A stretch of DNA of 64,000 nucleotides. Origin: Entomortierella parvispora E1425 (Eukaryota > Fungi > Mortierellomycota). The translations under genes were made by a program, and so were the position numbers. Positions 51,545-64,000 of this stretch are shown here, in pieces. The notes under the pieces are model-generated. The model was not told the origin of the DNA, made no database searches, and saw only the letters and a program-made list of their open reading frames with translations. How positions within the stretch are numbered: the first letter of the stretch is position 1; every line of letters begins with the position of its first letter. Where the stretch lies: the NCBI GenBank assembly GCA_020891255.1, contig BQFW01000009.1:1178001-1242000 (forward strand), written 5' to 3'.

Positions 51545-52762
51545 TCAGCGAAGAGTTGTGACCGTGCCGTAGCGGCTGTCTTCGTCGTATGCTCCGGACT
51601 GCTGTTGGCCTTGGTCATTCAAGAGTCCTTGATCCTCATCTCGCATACCGCGAAGCAATGCTCGAGAGTGATCGCTCCGTCGCCCAAATTCCAGAACATC
51701 GTCGCTTGGGATCCTCTTGTACAAAAATACTGCTGCTACCAAAGCCAGGATCTAGACGTGGCTCAAAAGACAGAAGAGCTGTTCAGGAACAAGATGGCAA
51801 TGTGATCTCAAAGAGAATGTAGAAAAAAAAAAAAAAAGAAGAGAAAAAAAAAAATTTTTTTTTTCAAACCTGAAGTATCTCAATGACGGAAATAACGCCC
51901 AAGACGGCGTGCTCGTGGCGCGAATAAGCTTGTTGGAGTTGATTCTTGCAAGGGACCTTGTACCCAAAGGCAGGCGAACGAGCACAGGCCTTCATAGAGT
52001 CTTTGGGCACAGCCCGATCGTCAACAGAAGCAAAGCCACAGCACTGAAGACGTGTTTCGATATCCTGAAGTGATCGAGGGTCGGAGTCATAGGCTGTCTG
52101 CCAGGCGCTGTCCAAGAGAGTGTCCACCTATTTGAATCCCAAGTACCCGCGTAAAAGAGTTAGTACTGATTTCGTTCATGATGAAGCACAGGTCGCTGGT
52201 CTCCATGTAGGGAAATGGAACAACGAGCCAACACTTTTTTCAAACGCTCAAGCTTACCTGATCGTGTCGACTAAAGCCATAAATCAAGAGACCGAGTTGA
52301 AGGACCACCAAAATGGCCAACAGGACCCCGTACTATCAACACGCATCGAAAGGTTTAGCGATCTACAACAAAGTAGCAGATCTCTGGTCTCTGTGTACTC
52401 TCATCAGTGGCTTATTTTCCTCTTACCGCACCGACGATACGCTTCGAGTCCGAGAGACCTGCAGAGGCCCCAAGAAGAGAAACCAAGAGGATGACGACGC
52501 TCATGATGACAAGGGTCCATGAGACAAAGGTTGACTCGAGCAGGACGCGGGTGTTGCTTGCCAGGCCGTAGACTCCGGCGGCAAAGAGAACCAAGCTACC
52601 AAGCTGAGTTCATGCAAATGTCGTTACGGTCATGTCCGCGCCACTCACCAACATATAGGTTGAACAAGACAGAAGAATAGCCAGGGTCGTTACTAGGGTG
52701 AACAGGTTGAGCACAAGGATGTAGAGCCGCGGTGACTGGCGATGAAGTCCGGACAGATCCAT
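51545..52762 (-). CDS. Tetraspanin-like four-pass membrane protein, multi-exon
   Basis: Hydrophobic helices flank a loop containing IETRLQCCGF plus further cysteines (KAC, VPC); the last exon is ILALVAAVFLYKR...TLR*. Confidence 0.8.
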
Positions 52763-52975
52763 GGTTGTCAAGGGGAGAAGAAGAGACTGGAGTAAGGAAG
52801 GAAAAGAGGCAGGCGCAGAGAAGAAAGAAGAAGGCGTCATCACGGCCATGACCACCCGCTCATGTCCCATCAGCCTCTCCTACCCATCAGTCCCGAGCTT
52901 GTCGTCTGTCGTAAGTGCAAAAAAACAAGGAGGCTTTTTATTTTGTATATTTTGTATCGCGTGAAAAGGATCCGT

Positions 52976-54973
52976 CTACAGCTTGGCACCGTACATCATC
53001 GAGGCGACCTTGATCGACTGGCGCATGCCCAGGTCCAACATGATCTCCTCAGATCCTCCTGGGATGGCGTACGCGCGCACCTCACGATAGATGCGCTCGA
53101 CCTTCTCGCCCTGACCGCCGCGCGTATAAGCCAAACCACCAAAGATCTGGGAAGCCTCGCGGGCACAGTATTCGAGCGTCTGCGTGGCTTGGGCCTTGAG
53201 CAAGGCGATCGGTCCGCCGAGCTTGATCATTTGCAAGTCCTCGGGCATGGTCATGGTCTGGTAAATGACATTCTCTGTCCAGGCATGCGTGGCCTCTATC
53301 TGGCGCGACATGTGTGCAAGCTTGTTGCGGAGCACTGGGTGATTGACAAGCTTGACGCCAAAGGTCTTGCGCTTGCTTCCATATTTGATTGCTTCCTCGA
53401 GACAAACACGGGCCAGACGGTTGGCCTGTGTGACAATACCCATACGTTCGTGGTTAAAATTATCGACAATGTACTTGAATCCACGGTTTTCCTTGCCGAC
53501 AATGTTGGACTTGGGCACCAACACATCCTCAAAATTGATGTAGGCCGTTCCAGAGGACCAAACACCAGAGCACTTCATCTGACGGGTCTGAACTCCAGGC
53601 ATGGTGCGCTCGATGACAAGCAATGACACGCCACCCATGCCCTCTCCTCCGGTGCGGACTGCAGTTGTGAAAAAATCGGCAAAGGTGCCGTTGGTGATCC
53701 ACTTCTTTTCACCATTGACGATGTAACCATCCTGCGCCTCGTTCGCAATTGTTGTTAAATTAGCAACATCGGATCCTGCAGCGGGCTCCGTGATGGCCAA
53801 GCAGATAGTCTTGCGGCCTGCCAAGCACCCGGGAACAATGCGGCGCTTCAATTCTTCGGATCCGTGCTTGATGATAGGAGGAAGGCCGATCCCGAGACCA
53901 CCACAGAGACCCCAGAGGACACCACCGGATCCACAACGCGCCAATTCATCACCAACAATGAATGAATGGAAGGCATCAAACTCTGCAGGGTTCACAATGG
54001 CATTAGCGCCTCCACGGAACAGTGAAGCTTGCTCAACATCAAAGTACTCCACAGGGAGATGACCCGTGCCGGCAATGGCGGCAAGAATACCCATCTCAGC
54101 ACACTTTGTGAACAAGAACATGGGTACCTGCTTGGCCTCGTCCCATTCGTGAACAAAGGGCATGATCTCGGTATCGACAAAAGCACGCATCACCCGACGG
54201 AGACGACGATGCGAGTCCTTGTAGTAAGGGCTGCCCCACTGCTGGTACCTGTATAGTCATTTTGAGTTAGTGGTGGAAGCCTCTAGCACGGGAACACAGA
54301 TCTTGCATTATGATCAAATCGGAGGTAACATACCAAGAGGGATCTCCAAAAGGAATCATCTCACCAAACTGCATATCGTCGTCATCGTCGGCGGCAGCAG
54401 CAGCCCCGGGAGAGGAAGCTCCTACTTGAGGTGCCTCTCCAATGACACCGATGCAAAGAGCGCCATATCTTTCAAGGACGCCTAAAAAAAAAGTCCGAGT
54501 TAGGGTCGATTACGGCAGGATCTCATGATATAGTCTGGTTGAGCACAATTTCTTACCAGCGTTGTGGAAAGCATCAAATTGCTTGGTTGCATCCGTTCCG
54601 GCATTCTTCAAGATGATTTTCTAAATTCACAGAAAAGGAGAGGACAATCAAGTTTAGTTTTCTTTTCCACCTGATGTCGCTCTCTGAAAGTGATGCCCCA
54701 GGAGACCTCAAAGTTCCTTTGGCTTCATTGCTCTTGGATCATTACCTTTCCACCGGGATGGTCGTTCAAAAACTTTGAGACATCATAGACTTTGTCATGA
54801 ATAATGACCCAGCAGTCATTCTATAGTCAACAAAACGAGTAAAAAGTAGATCCTGTCAATATCCAGGCTCCATACTGAACGGAGGTGCTAGCTGGAGTCC
54901 AGTTTTTGAAAGTGGTTTTTACCTCCGAGTTGTGAGAAGCCACCTGGGAGGCTGAGAAGTATCCTGTGGTCAT
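52976..54973 (-). CDS. Acyl-CoA dehydrogenase with an N-terminal cytochrome b5-like domain, multi-exon
   Basis: 5' exons give [23 protein letters not shown]|[19 protein letters not shown]. The catalytic exon has [49 protein letters not shown]. Confidence 0.93.
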
Positions 54974-56456
54974 GATGTCGATGGGCGTGCGATTGTGCTC
55001 AAAGAGGGATTCAAGCCGGGACTTGAATTGGAAATGAAGGGGGAAGGTAAGGTCCGAGATGGTGAAAAGAACAAAAGGGGAGGAAGAGGGTGGTGATATA
55101 AGGAGGATGGGTGGACAGGGAAGCAAAGAGTCGAGTGTTTGGGCGAGGTTGGTTTTTCACTTTGTGGAGAAACGAGCGAGGTGCAAGTCCGAAGTGAGCA
55201 CCTCGGAGTTGCGGAGAGAAGGATTTGTTTGTTGCACAGACAACTGGAGAGAAACGGTCCATCCGTCTTTTGGACCCATGGACATGCCTTCCACGAAAGC
55301 GCCGTTGAACGACTGGCTTGCCGCGTCATATGGGCGCATGAATATCGACTAGGGGCCAGTGTAGAGAGTGCACCTCAAAGTGCCATCTCTATCTGCCCAC
55401 ATCTGCTTCCATGTGGGCCAGAAGGCGGACAGGCCGGAGCAACTGGTCTGCGCCAGCGTTTTGATTCTCTCAGACTGGAGATAAAAGAGTGTACCTGAAT
55501 AGACAGGAGATGCAACTCCACATTTGACTCTGGTCTACAGCTAAGTCATATCGTCTGTTATTTACTCGCGAGGAAAGGGAGTCGACGACGACTGGACCGA
55601 CCATAACCTGCACCGCGGGAGCTTGGTTACATGATTGATAATAACGTTTTGCTGTTTGTGCATTGCCGATGGTTCAACCCACGGAACATGTGTTTCTCTG
55701 CTCACAATCAATTTGTTTACAGCTCAACTGAAGAAAAATGTGGAGAAGCCTTGGCCAGCCTTCACAGGACTTTGAAGAGTTTACTCTTCTCTTCCCCTTT
55801 GCGCTTTACAAGGGTTTGGTGAAAGTGTGGAGAGAGAGCCTTATAGAGGGTCATACAGTAATGGGAACCAGTTGCTCTTAACCCAAAAGCTAAATGACAG
55901 CCGCCGTGGTAATGCCTGAGCGAGCAGTGCCCAAGAACCCATATAGGCAAGACAAGTGCCTCTCCAATGAAGCTCGGCGGGGGGCCTCCTTCAGCTAGTT
56001 CCCCCAAAAGATGGCGGCGTATGTTCCAGTTTGATTTGATATCGACAGAGAATAAAGGATAAGGCGTGGTTGGCAAGGAGGACAGATGTGCGGGGCATAG
56101 GCAGCCAGGGGAGTGGAGGGAAGGATGATTGCGACAAAGAGACAAAGAGCTGCAGACAAAGAGGTCAGGGGTGGCAGTCGAAGACGAAAAGGAACAAAAA
56201 AAAAAAAAAGAAAAAAAAAAAAGGCGAATTTTGGTGGCGCAGGCATCGATCGATGCTCTCCCTCCGTCGCACGATGGAATGAATGGCTCGGTTCTTTTTT
56301 TCATTCCCAGGCTTGCATTCATTGATCCATCCATTCCTGGGAAACACTGTTCCATGGCAACACGCTAATCTGACTGGATCGAAGGAACTGAACTGGACCC
56401 TCTTCTCTCTCACTGGACCCAGCCGGCATTCTCATATTGCCCAGATCAGCACAGAC

Positions 56457-59400
56457 ATGCTGCCGGCGCGTCCCCTGGCAGGCACCGACTGGCCTTCACA
56501 GCACCATGCACGGCCCCTTCTGACACGCCGACATGAACCTTGGGACTTTCAGCTCAAGCTGACCTGTGTCGAATCCAACGCAACCAGTACCATATCAAGG
56601 CAACATGTCGCCAAAAATCGCCATTCAGAGGTCATGGAGGTCATTGTAAGGCGAGATGCAGTGCACATTTCTCGGCAATCGCGTAACATACAGAGTTGCT
56701 GATTATTTGTTTTCATTTTTCTCCGTAATAGGATGTCCCTCCGTCCGAAGATGAGGGATCCTTATCACCGGATGACACGCAGGGATACGCAAGACACGAA
56801 AATCAGGGCATGGATGACACTGTAAGGACTTCGAGCAGTGTAACTCTCTTTTGCTGAAGACAACCGCTAACTTCCACTTTTCGACCTTGTAGGATTCATC
56901 TGCCTCTGAAGTACGGCACGGCTATGACCCAAACCATTCTTCTAGTGGAAAATTCTCGCCTACCGTTGACACTCATAGCAGGGAGTTGCAGCAGGAAGTT
57001 GTTTCAACTCTGCCAGGACTAGAGATACTTTCGCCACCGCCATCCCCAGTGGCGTTTGACGCTGACTGGGCCCGCTCTTTTATGGATTCTCAGCACGAAA
57101 GTCAGGAACATGAAGAAGAGGAGACTTATATACCAACTTTAGCCAACATCAAACCAGCTCCTTCATCCAGCGAAATTACAGTCTCCGAGGATCGAGAGAA
57201 AGAGAGGGCAGAGTCGACGCATGTGGCTATCCAACACCAAGAGGAGCCTTTATCCGAATTCGCAGCGTCGCTCTACAATACCAATGCCTCTGCACCAGTA
57301 CGATCTTACCCGCTTAGAATGCGCACGTTTCAACAACAAAAACCTTATACGGCAGACAAGCAGCACCACGCACGACTTATCGGACGTAAGGAGGCTTCAG
57401 TTGTTCCTACACGACGCTCTGCATATATTCCTGATGATTTCTCAAATTTGCAAGAGGATTCAGAGGACTCTGATTATGAAGAGGAGCATCTACTCGAGAG
57501 GCAAGTGGAGACTTCTAGCCTGCCCTCACGGGCAGCGTCCGAAAGAAGAGCAGATTCTGAGCCAGCTCCAGAGTGGCTCTTGGAGGAATTGGACGACGAT
57601 GACTTGCCAACGTTGGAGGAAATGAAAAGGCAAGGGTTTGCTACTTCGCGTGAGATTGCAGACAGACACAATCCAGGATCGAATTTATCACCAATAGTAC
57701 GATTGCCACCAAAGCTGAATGCGAGAGCGAAGAAGAGACTGGAAAAACTTGCTCGACAGGCTCTCGATCCTCTAGATTCCTTGGACTCAGTGCCGAGCCT
57801 TATTCCCCAGCCACAGGAGCGGATGCCTTCTCATCGCCGCTTATTAAACACAGGGTCCAAGTCCAAGTCTAGAAAGGCGATTACAATTTCCTCCGCAGAT
57901 GGATCTGAGGATGAGGGCCACGCCAGAGATGCCTCACCTTTGAACAGTAATTCCATTCACCCGACATCGAATCTATCAGAGTCGTCAACCGAGGAAGCAC
58001 CTCAACCAGCTTCTGTTCCAAAGAAGACAAAAAAGCATAGGCAGCATGTTCTTCCGATGGCTTTCTTCAAGCGCAATCTCATTCCCGAGGACGCTGCAGC
58101 GTTGCGATCGATGAGGTCCAAGAAAGCAAATCGTTCGAAATCATTTGGAGCGGAATCGACTTCAGAGACCGAGCACGTTCAGCTGGCTCATCACGCAAGA
58201 ACCCGGATATCCTCTGGACAAGGCGCGGGCAAGTTGGATGACTTTATCGCACAGCTGGCATTGGATCGCAGCGATGATGATAGTGAACCAGGGGGGTCAC
58301 CTTCCGATGTTGATGACGGATATGATTCCCGAAGACGAAGCTCTTGGGTTGATCTCTTGGACGAACGTACAGATCAGTCGCCATTGCGGGTTCCTCGCCG
58401 CTCAAGTGGCCGACCCATTCCTCGAGATACACAGCCCTCAAGCTCATATACCCGACTTTCAGAGGTAACGGAAAATTGCGTATTGATATACCTGCTCCGA
58501 CAGGATAGAAAGACAAGCATCTAACATATGTTCTCTATGATAATATAGCCTAATCCCACTCGCAACAATGTTGATTCTTACTCAGATTCTGGACATGACT
58601 ATGATCGCTCTCAGAGTCGTGAGAGGTCAAGTTCTCCACCGTTGAAATCTACCCGAAAGCGAACTCAAGGGGAGAGACTAGATATGATCGACCGTATGAT
58701 TGTGCGTTCTTCTCGACCATCGACCAAACATCGCTCGTCGGGAAAAGATCGCTCGAATAAGCGGAGAAGAATCAGTGGAAATCTTCAGCCATCCAAATAC
58801 CACCGTCACCACTTTTCAGGGGATGAACGTAGTAATCAGGACATTGGACCCTTCTTCTCTGATGAAGACTTTTCAACATATCCCGTCGACTCGAGACCAA
58901 GTCATTCCAGGAATTACCCGCGTGAGCGATCGGACGCTTTTAGTGATGGTGGATCTATTCCAAGCGATGTGGAGATGTCTGATGGACCTTCGGGGAGATT
59001 CCGGCGCTCAATCTCTGGCACTCCGCCCTTACATCAGAGTCGTAGTCAAAGGATGTCGTACTTGGAGCGTTATGACACGACGGCTCCACCAGCACGAAGA
59101 CGGAGACCAACAATCAGGACTGCTGTGGTCTCAAGGAAAACACCCGCTGCCCCACTGCGTTGGGGATCGACCGTTCCCTCGAAAAAGAGTCGATCTACTA
59201 CTCAGAAAAAATCAGCAAAACCAGGAACGAGGACAATACAATCTCAGCTCAGCAGTTGGACCTTGCCTGCACATAGCAGTGGTGGTCTTCCTCAATTCCT
59301 CAACAAGCCATTTTTTGAGCCAGCTCGTAGAGTGCCACGTCCAGCTGTGCCAGTAGCACTACATTCCAAAAGTAATGGAGATAACATCAGTTCCAAGGAC

Positions 59401-62400
59401 ATGGATGTATACCAACCAACTGACCAGCCTTGGGATGAGCAGGACGATTTCGAGAACGACAGTCCGAGGGAGCCTCCTATGCAAGTACAACAGAACCCAT
59501 CCACTAGCGCCCTATCTTTACGCCCAGTTCAAATGCCCACTATCAGCAATCGAAATGTGGACGCGGATACAAGACACAGACTTTCCCTCAGTTCAATCGC
59601 CAATGGGCTGTACTTTTCCAGAGAGAGTTATATCGGGCATGGAATGCTCTCTCGTATTTTGAAGGCAGTGGATGACGGATGTACGAGTACAGGCACGATT
59701 ACCGAAAGCACCTCATCGGAGGCAGTATTCTTTGGCCAATCTTATTCTTTCGGGTTGGATGCATTGGCAACGGAAAAGGGATTTCAAGTCATCAAGACAT
59801 CGTGGACTCAGCGACTCGAGCAATTAATCAGTGAACAGGAACCAATTTCACGAATGGACAACAGCGATCAACACACACAAAACGACGTACTCCAGGCTTT
59901 TGAGACCATGACGGTATTGCTTATCGACCGTCTGAGCCAGGGTTCTTACAGCGACCGATGCTCATTCTGGAGAGTATTTCATGAACATTTGGTTTTGGAT
60001 CTCAGCAAGCTCCTTTCGGAAAAATCGCTGGAAGGCAAATCGTCCATGGGCGAAAAGGCTATACTTTGGGGACAGTGGGCGTTGGTTACTTGGGTTATCC
60101 TAGCTGATTGCGCTATCCAATCTGAGTCCGAGCATTCAGCTGATCTTATCCAGACTCTTATGCATACGGCTGTAACAAGGAGCGACAGTTGCTGGGTAAG
60201 CAGGATCAAGGGAGCCGAACAAACAGCGGCCAGTTTGCAGGGAGTCATCTATGGCCAGGATCTGATGGAGGTCTGGGTCTGCTTTATCAAACTCTTGGAT
60301 AGCGCATCTCGCAAGTCAAGATGCGGTACCTTCTGGGAAACTTTTAACAATGAGTCATTGAACCAACTGGGCCCCGAAACCAGTGAGCAGAACCCAGAGA
60401 GTGACACCGATTTTCTTGAGAGCAATGGAAGGCGTATTTTGGGGCTCGTCATGGTTTTGGGCAAACTCCATCAGTTTGACCGCAATGGAAGTTCCAACGG
60501 AGATTTGCGACCATCCGCCAATTGGAAACCCATCGTGCAGGTCTTACAGCAAGGATGGCTTGATAATTCGTCTGAAGGGGGCACACGGAAATCGGAGTTA
60601 CGATTGAGAGAGTATCTGGAATTTCACCACAGTCTCATTCGGCTATGGGGTTGGACGCCTTGCACCGAGACGGCTATCGTTGTATATCGCAGCTTTGCTA
60701 CGAGAGACTTTCGAGACTTGTCAACAGAGCCTGGATACCGTCTGCCCGAATTTCTGCAAAGAATGATCGCTTCACCAGCAAACCTCATCATGACAATTTC
60801 AGAGTCAGTGGACAGGCACGATCGCTGTTTCGAAGTCTTTTTGAAGATCCTGGCGAAGACCATTCAATCTCAAGTTGACGTTATTGCATCCTGCGAAGAT
60901 GTAGCTCCTGTGGCATTGGACGAGTCGCAAAGCTCATCAAATAGAGGAACCTCACCGACGTTGAATCAAACCACGAGCCGGAAGGATCTTATCAGATCTT
61001 GCAAACGAATGCTCTCGTCTATCTCCCCGGCAGTTGTGACCTTGTACCCAGTCTCTGGCATCACCAATCAGAGCTACTCCACGTTGTGCAACACTTGCAA
61101 TCTTGTTCTGCTTATTGCACTCCTAGTCCCTGATTTCATCCGGCCATCAACAGTGGGCCAGCTACGGAGTCTGCTAAACTACGACGATAGCGATGCTGCT
61201 TCTCGTCGGATCATGCTCGAGTCTATATATTATTTGGGCGTTATTTGGCGACGAAGCGACTCTCAGGATCCACTCAAGCGACGAGGAAGGTCCCTGGCCA
61301 ACATCTCTGACTATTTTTATGGGCGAATTGACTCGATGGGAGTGGAGCTTGACAAAGAGTTGAAATCGGAACAAAATGCCGGCTATATCTCTAGGAGTAG
61401 GAGGCAGAACCCGATAGAGGCCCTCATTGAGACTGCTATGACCTATGTGATGCGACTACTTCACGACAAAGATGGGGAAATAGTTACCTCTTTTCCCTGC
61501 ACCTCATTTCTAGACCGACGTAAGTAGACAGATTCGACTCCTTATGAACTGAAGACTGCTGCATCGGAGACTCACATTGCAAATCCATTAGGCCTTACTC
61601 GATTTTTGGACTACGACGCAGAGTATCCATCGGAACTCAGACTGCAGGCACTGGGAGTGCTGGAGTACTTTTTCAAGCTTCGGACGGCATACAGTCAACA
61701 TCTTGGCCAGACCTCTCAACAGGGTACTCCAAATCATAACATTCCCCCCAGCGAAACAACGGAAACCCCTGCCGCAGTTGCTGGAGAAGGATTTTCGTCG
61801 TTGGATTACGATGACTTCTTTGACGACATTGGTGATTTTGACCTTTCGCAAATGTCAGAGGCCGACGCTGCCAATACGCCTTCCATCGCAGCCACCAGCG
61901 TGACTCCATCCGCGCTTTTGCCGCAACCGAAACCTTTACAAGGCAACCCAGACGAACTGCAATTGATCGAGATCATTGACTCGTGGATATATCCCTGCCT
62001 GTCAAAGTTCATATCATCCCGGCATCAAACGATCCATGATGATACCCAGCAGCAGCTCAAATCAACGCTTCCGTTCAGCTTTCACCATTCCAGAATTGGC
62101 GCTCAAAACGCCTTGCCTTTTGCAACCACGGAGTCCAAGAACTCACCCGTCCAACAAAAGAGGCAAGCTCTGTCCCCTCAAGCGGTTTCCCGTTTACTTT
62201 CGGTCTTTGCGGATTGCAGCATGGTCTTGTTCGACCAAGGGAACAAATCTCTACAGAATTTAGGCCTGGTTTTCAAATCAGAGAACTGGCTCAGTTTATG
62301 GATTCAACATGCTAGACTTCAAGACGCTTTGTGCTGGGCGAACCGACTACTGGAGATTGACCCGGAGGTCCTTGTAGCAAACGAGGAGTTGTTTCTTGAA

Positions 62401-64000
62401 ATTTGGTTCAGGACGATGGGAGCACCCACTTCGGAGCTAACACTTCAACATCGGTTCATGAGGGCCATCATGCGATTTCTCAACAACGAAAAACCATCAG
62501 CTCCTCTCCTCTTTTCCAATTCGGATGCGCTCTTGTCTATTACCCTCTTTCGCGATTTACCCTTGGCGTTCTTGGATGATACAGTCACGGATGGAAAGAA
62601 AGCGACCATCTCTTTTACAGTGGACGTCAATCAAAGCCTGATAGAGTCTTCTCGTGACAAAAACCTGAGCCAGGAGTTCAAAGAATCACGACTTCAGGTG
62701 TTGAGCAAAGTTCTCAGTAACATGGGAGAGCAGTACCTCATGTTGCGATCTGGCACCGGTACTGGAAACGTCCATAGGGCCTTGGCGATGAAAGGTCGCT
62801 ATCAGATCTTCATTGGTCAACTTCTGCAGCAGGTGAAACAGGATTACGAGGTATGTATCCCATATCCTATATATCATGGCCTCTAGCGAGTGACAGGACT
62901 TCAAAGCTGACAGCTTCTACAATGCCTGAAATCACTCTCTAGCGCCTAAACATCCAAAAGATGGTTCGAGATAGCAAGGCACATGTGGAGCTTGCCCATC
63001 ATGTTGTCGGCTGCGTCATTCAACATTGCGGACTCATTGTACAAAACACACCTCTGACGGGATCACAAGATAGTATTCTGGGCTACTTGACCTCGTCGCG
63101 TTTCTTCCCCCAGCCTCGATTGTAAGTCTGATAATTCCTTGTGTTGTTTTCTAAAATGAAAATCCCGATTCCTGTATTACCATCAACTTATTAACAATCA
63201 ACGACTTTTGATGTCGATTTAGGGACAGTGTCTATGTTCACCAAAAGATCCGCGGCTACGCGTTCTTGTACCATGCTGGGGAGAAGCAATTCTTCTCCGA
63301 GTTGATAGAATTGGCGCTGAACCAGCTACGACTCGTGGCAGGATCAAATTCTTTCAGATTTAATCTGTCTTGCGAATATTCAGGAACAGGCCTTGCGAAT
63401 GGCAGCACGTCTCTTGCGGTCGTTTCTAACAGCTCGGCTCTGGGGATTAGAGTGATGGATTGTCATCAATTAACCTATGGGCACTCGGATAATGTGGCGG
63501 ACGAGAGTTTGTCACCTTCGCCTGGAGCTCAGAATACGTCTCTCTCAACGGCCCACCCTGCATTCGGCGACCCGCTACCTCATGGACATCACGAAAAATC
63601 CGGTGCACCAGGATTGAAACCCACCATTCAAACCCTAGTCACCAATCAGGGTACCCGTATCAAAGAGCCATTGGAGATATCGCGCGATGCACTTTGGACG
63701 TTGACTAGCAGTCTGCGGAATGCAATTCTTGAAACCGATGACCGAAAGCAATGGTAAGCAGCCATTTTTTTTTTTTTTTTTGAACCTACGGGAATTTTGC
63801 TTCATTGTTGCACGGACAAATTGCTAAACACCAACGCCATTGCCCACTTAATATATGAATATGATAGGAGTATGGTTTTAAGTGGTTTCCGCTCATTGCT
63901 TCTTGCGGCTCTCTTTCGGCCCTTGTTGACGGCTTTTCTAGGTGAGCCTCCAGAGGAAGGGCACTGCTCCTCCCTTTTGCGCATTGGAAGAAGTCCACGA
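56457..64000 (+). CDS. MMS22: Mms22/Mus7-like DNA replication-repair protein, multi-exon; start approximate and 3' end beyond the window
   Basis: Long low-complexity N-terminus (YPLRMRTFQQQKPY, QHVLPMAFF), then GLYFSRESYIGHG, GYRLPEFL, DRCFEVFLKILA, LRSLLNYDDSD. The last visible exon lies at about 63869-63941, followed by a donor. Confidence 0.75.

Noticed and set aside
52862-53626. 254-aa ORF antisense to the acyl-CoA dehydrogenase
   Set aside because: Same antisense-shadow explanation.
55631-55733. Possible C/D snoRNA (ATGATTGA ... CTGA) in the ACAD/MMS22 intergenic region
   Set aside because: The C box is imperfect and no guide target was recognised.

Overview
Intron-rich fungal genomic DNA with short GT-AG introns and many long A/T homopolymers. 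The intronless F-box/LRR family and the tandem FAD monooxygenases suggest an early-diverging fungus, probably Mortierellaceae (inference, not a database result). In order, the window holds: a partial acidic protein, RPL4, an uncharacterised membrane protein, a ~3,400-aa C1-domain/helical-repeat protein that may be UNC79-like, and a gene-poor stretch with a candidate structured RNA. Next is an array of six F-box/LRR copies in different states of decay, interrupted by TGS1 and mitochondrial uL5. Then come a stand-alone voltage-sensor-like protein, CRT10, GET4, a membrane-anchored polysaccharide lyase, two FAD monooxygenases, RPN5, a tetraspanin, a cytochrome b5/acyl-CoA dehydrogenase fusion and MMS22 (truncated by the window end). 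I found no rRNA, tRNA, CRISPR array or recognisable transposon. No single new multi-gene system is demonstrated. The best leads are the UNC79-like gene, the polysaccharide lyase, two candidate structured RNAs, the decaying F-box array and a recurrent A-tract + TTGGTGGCR promoter element. Exon boundaries were assigned by eye.
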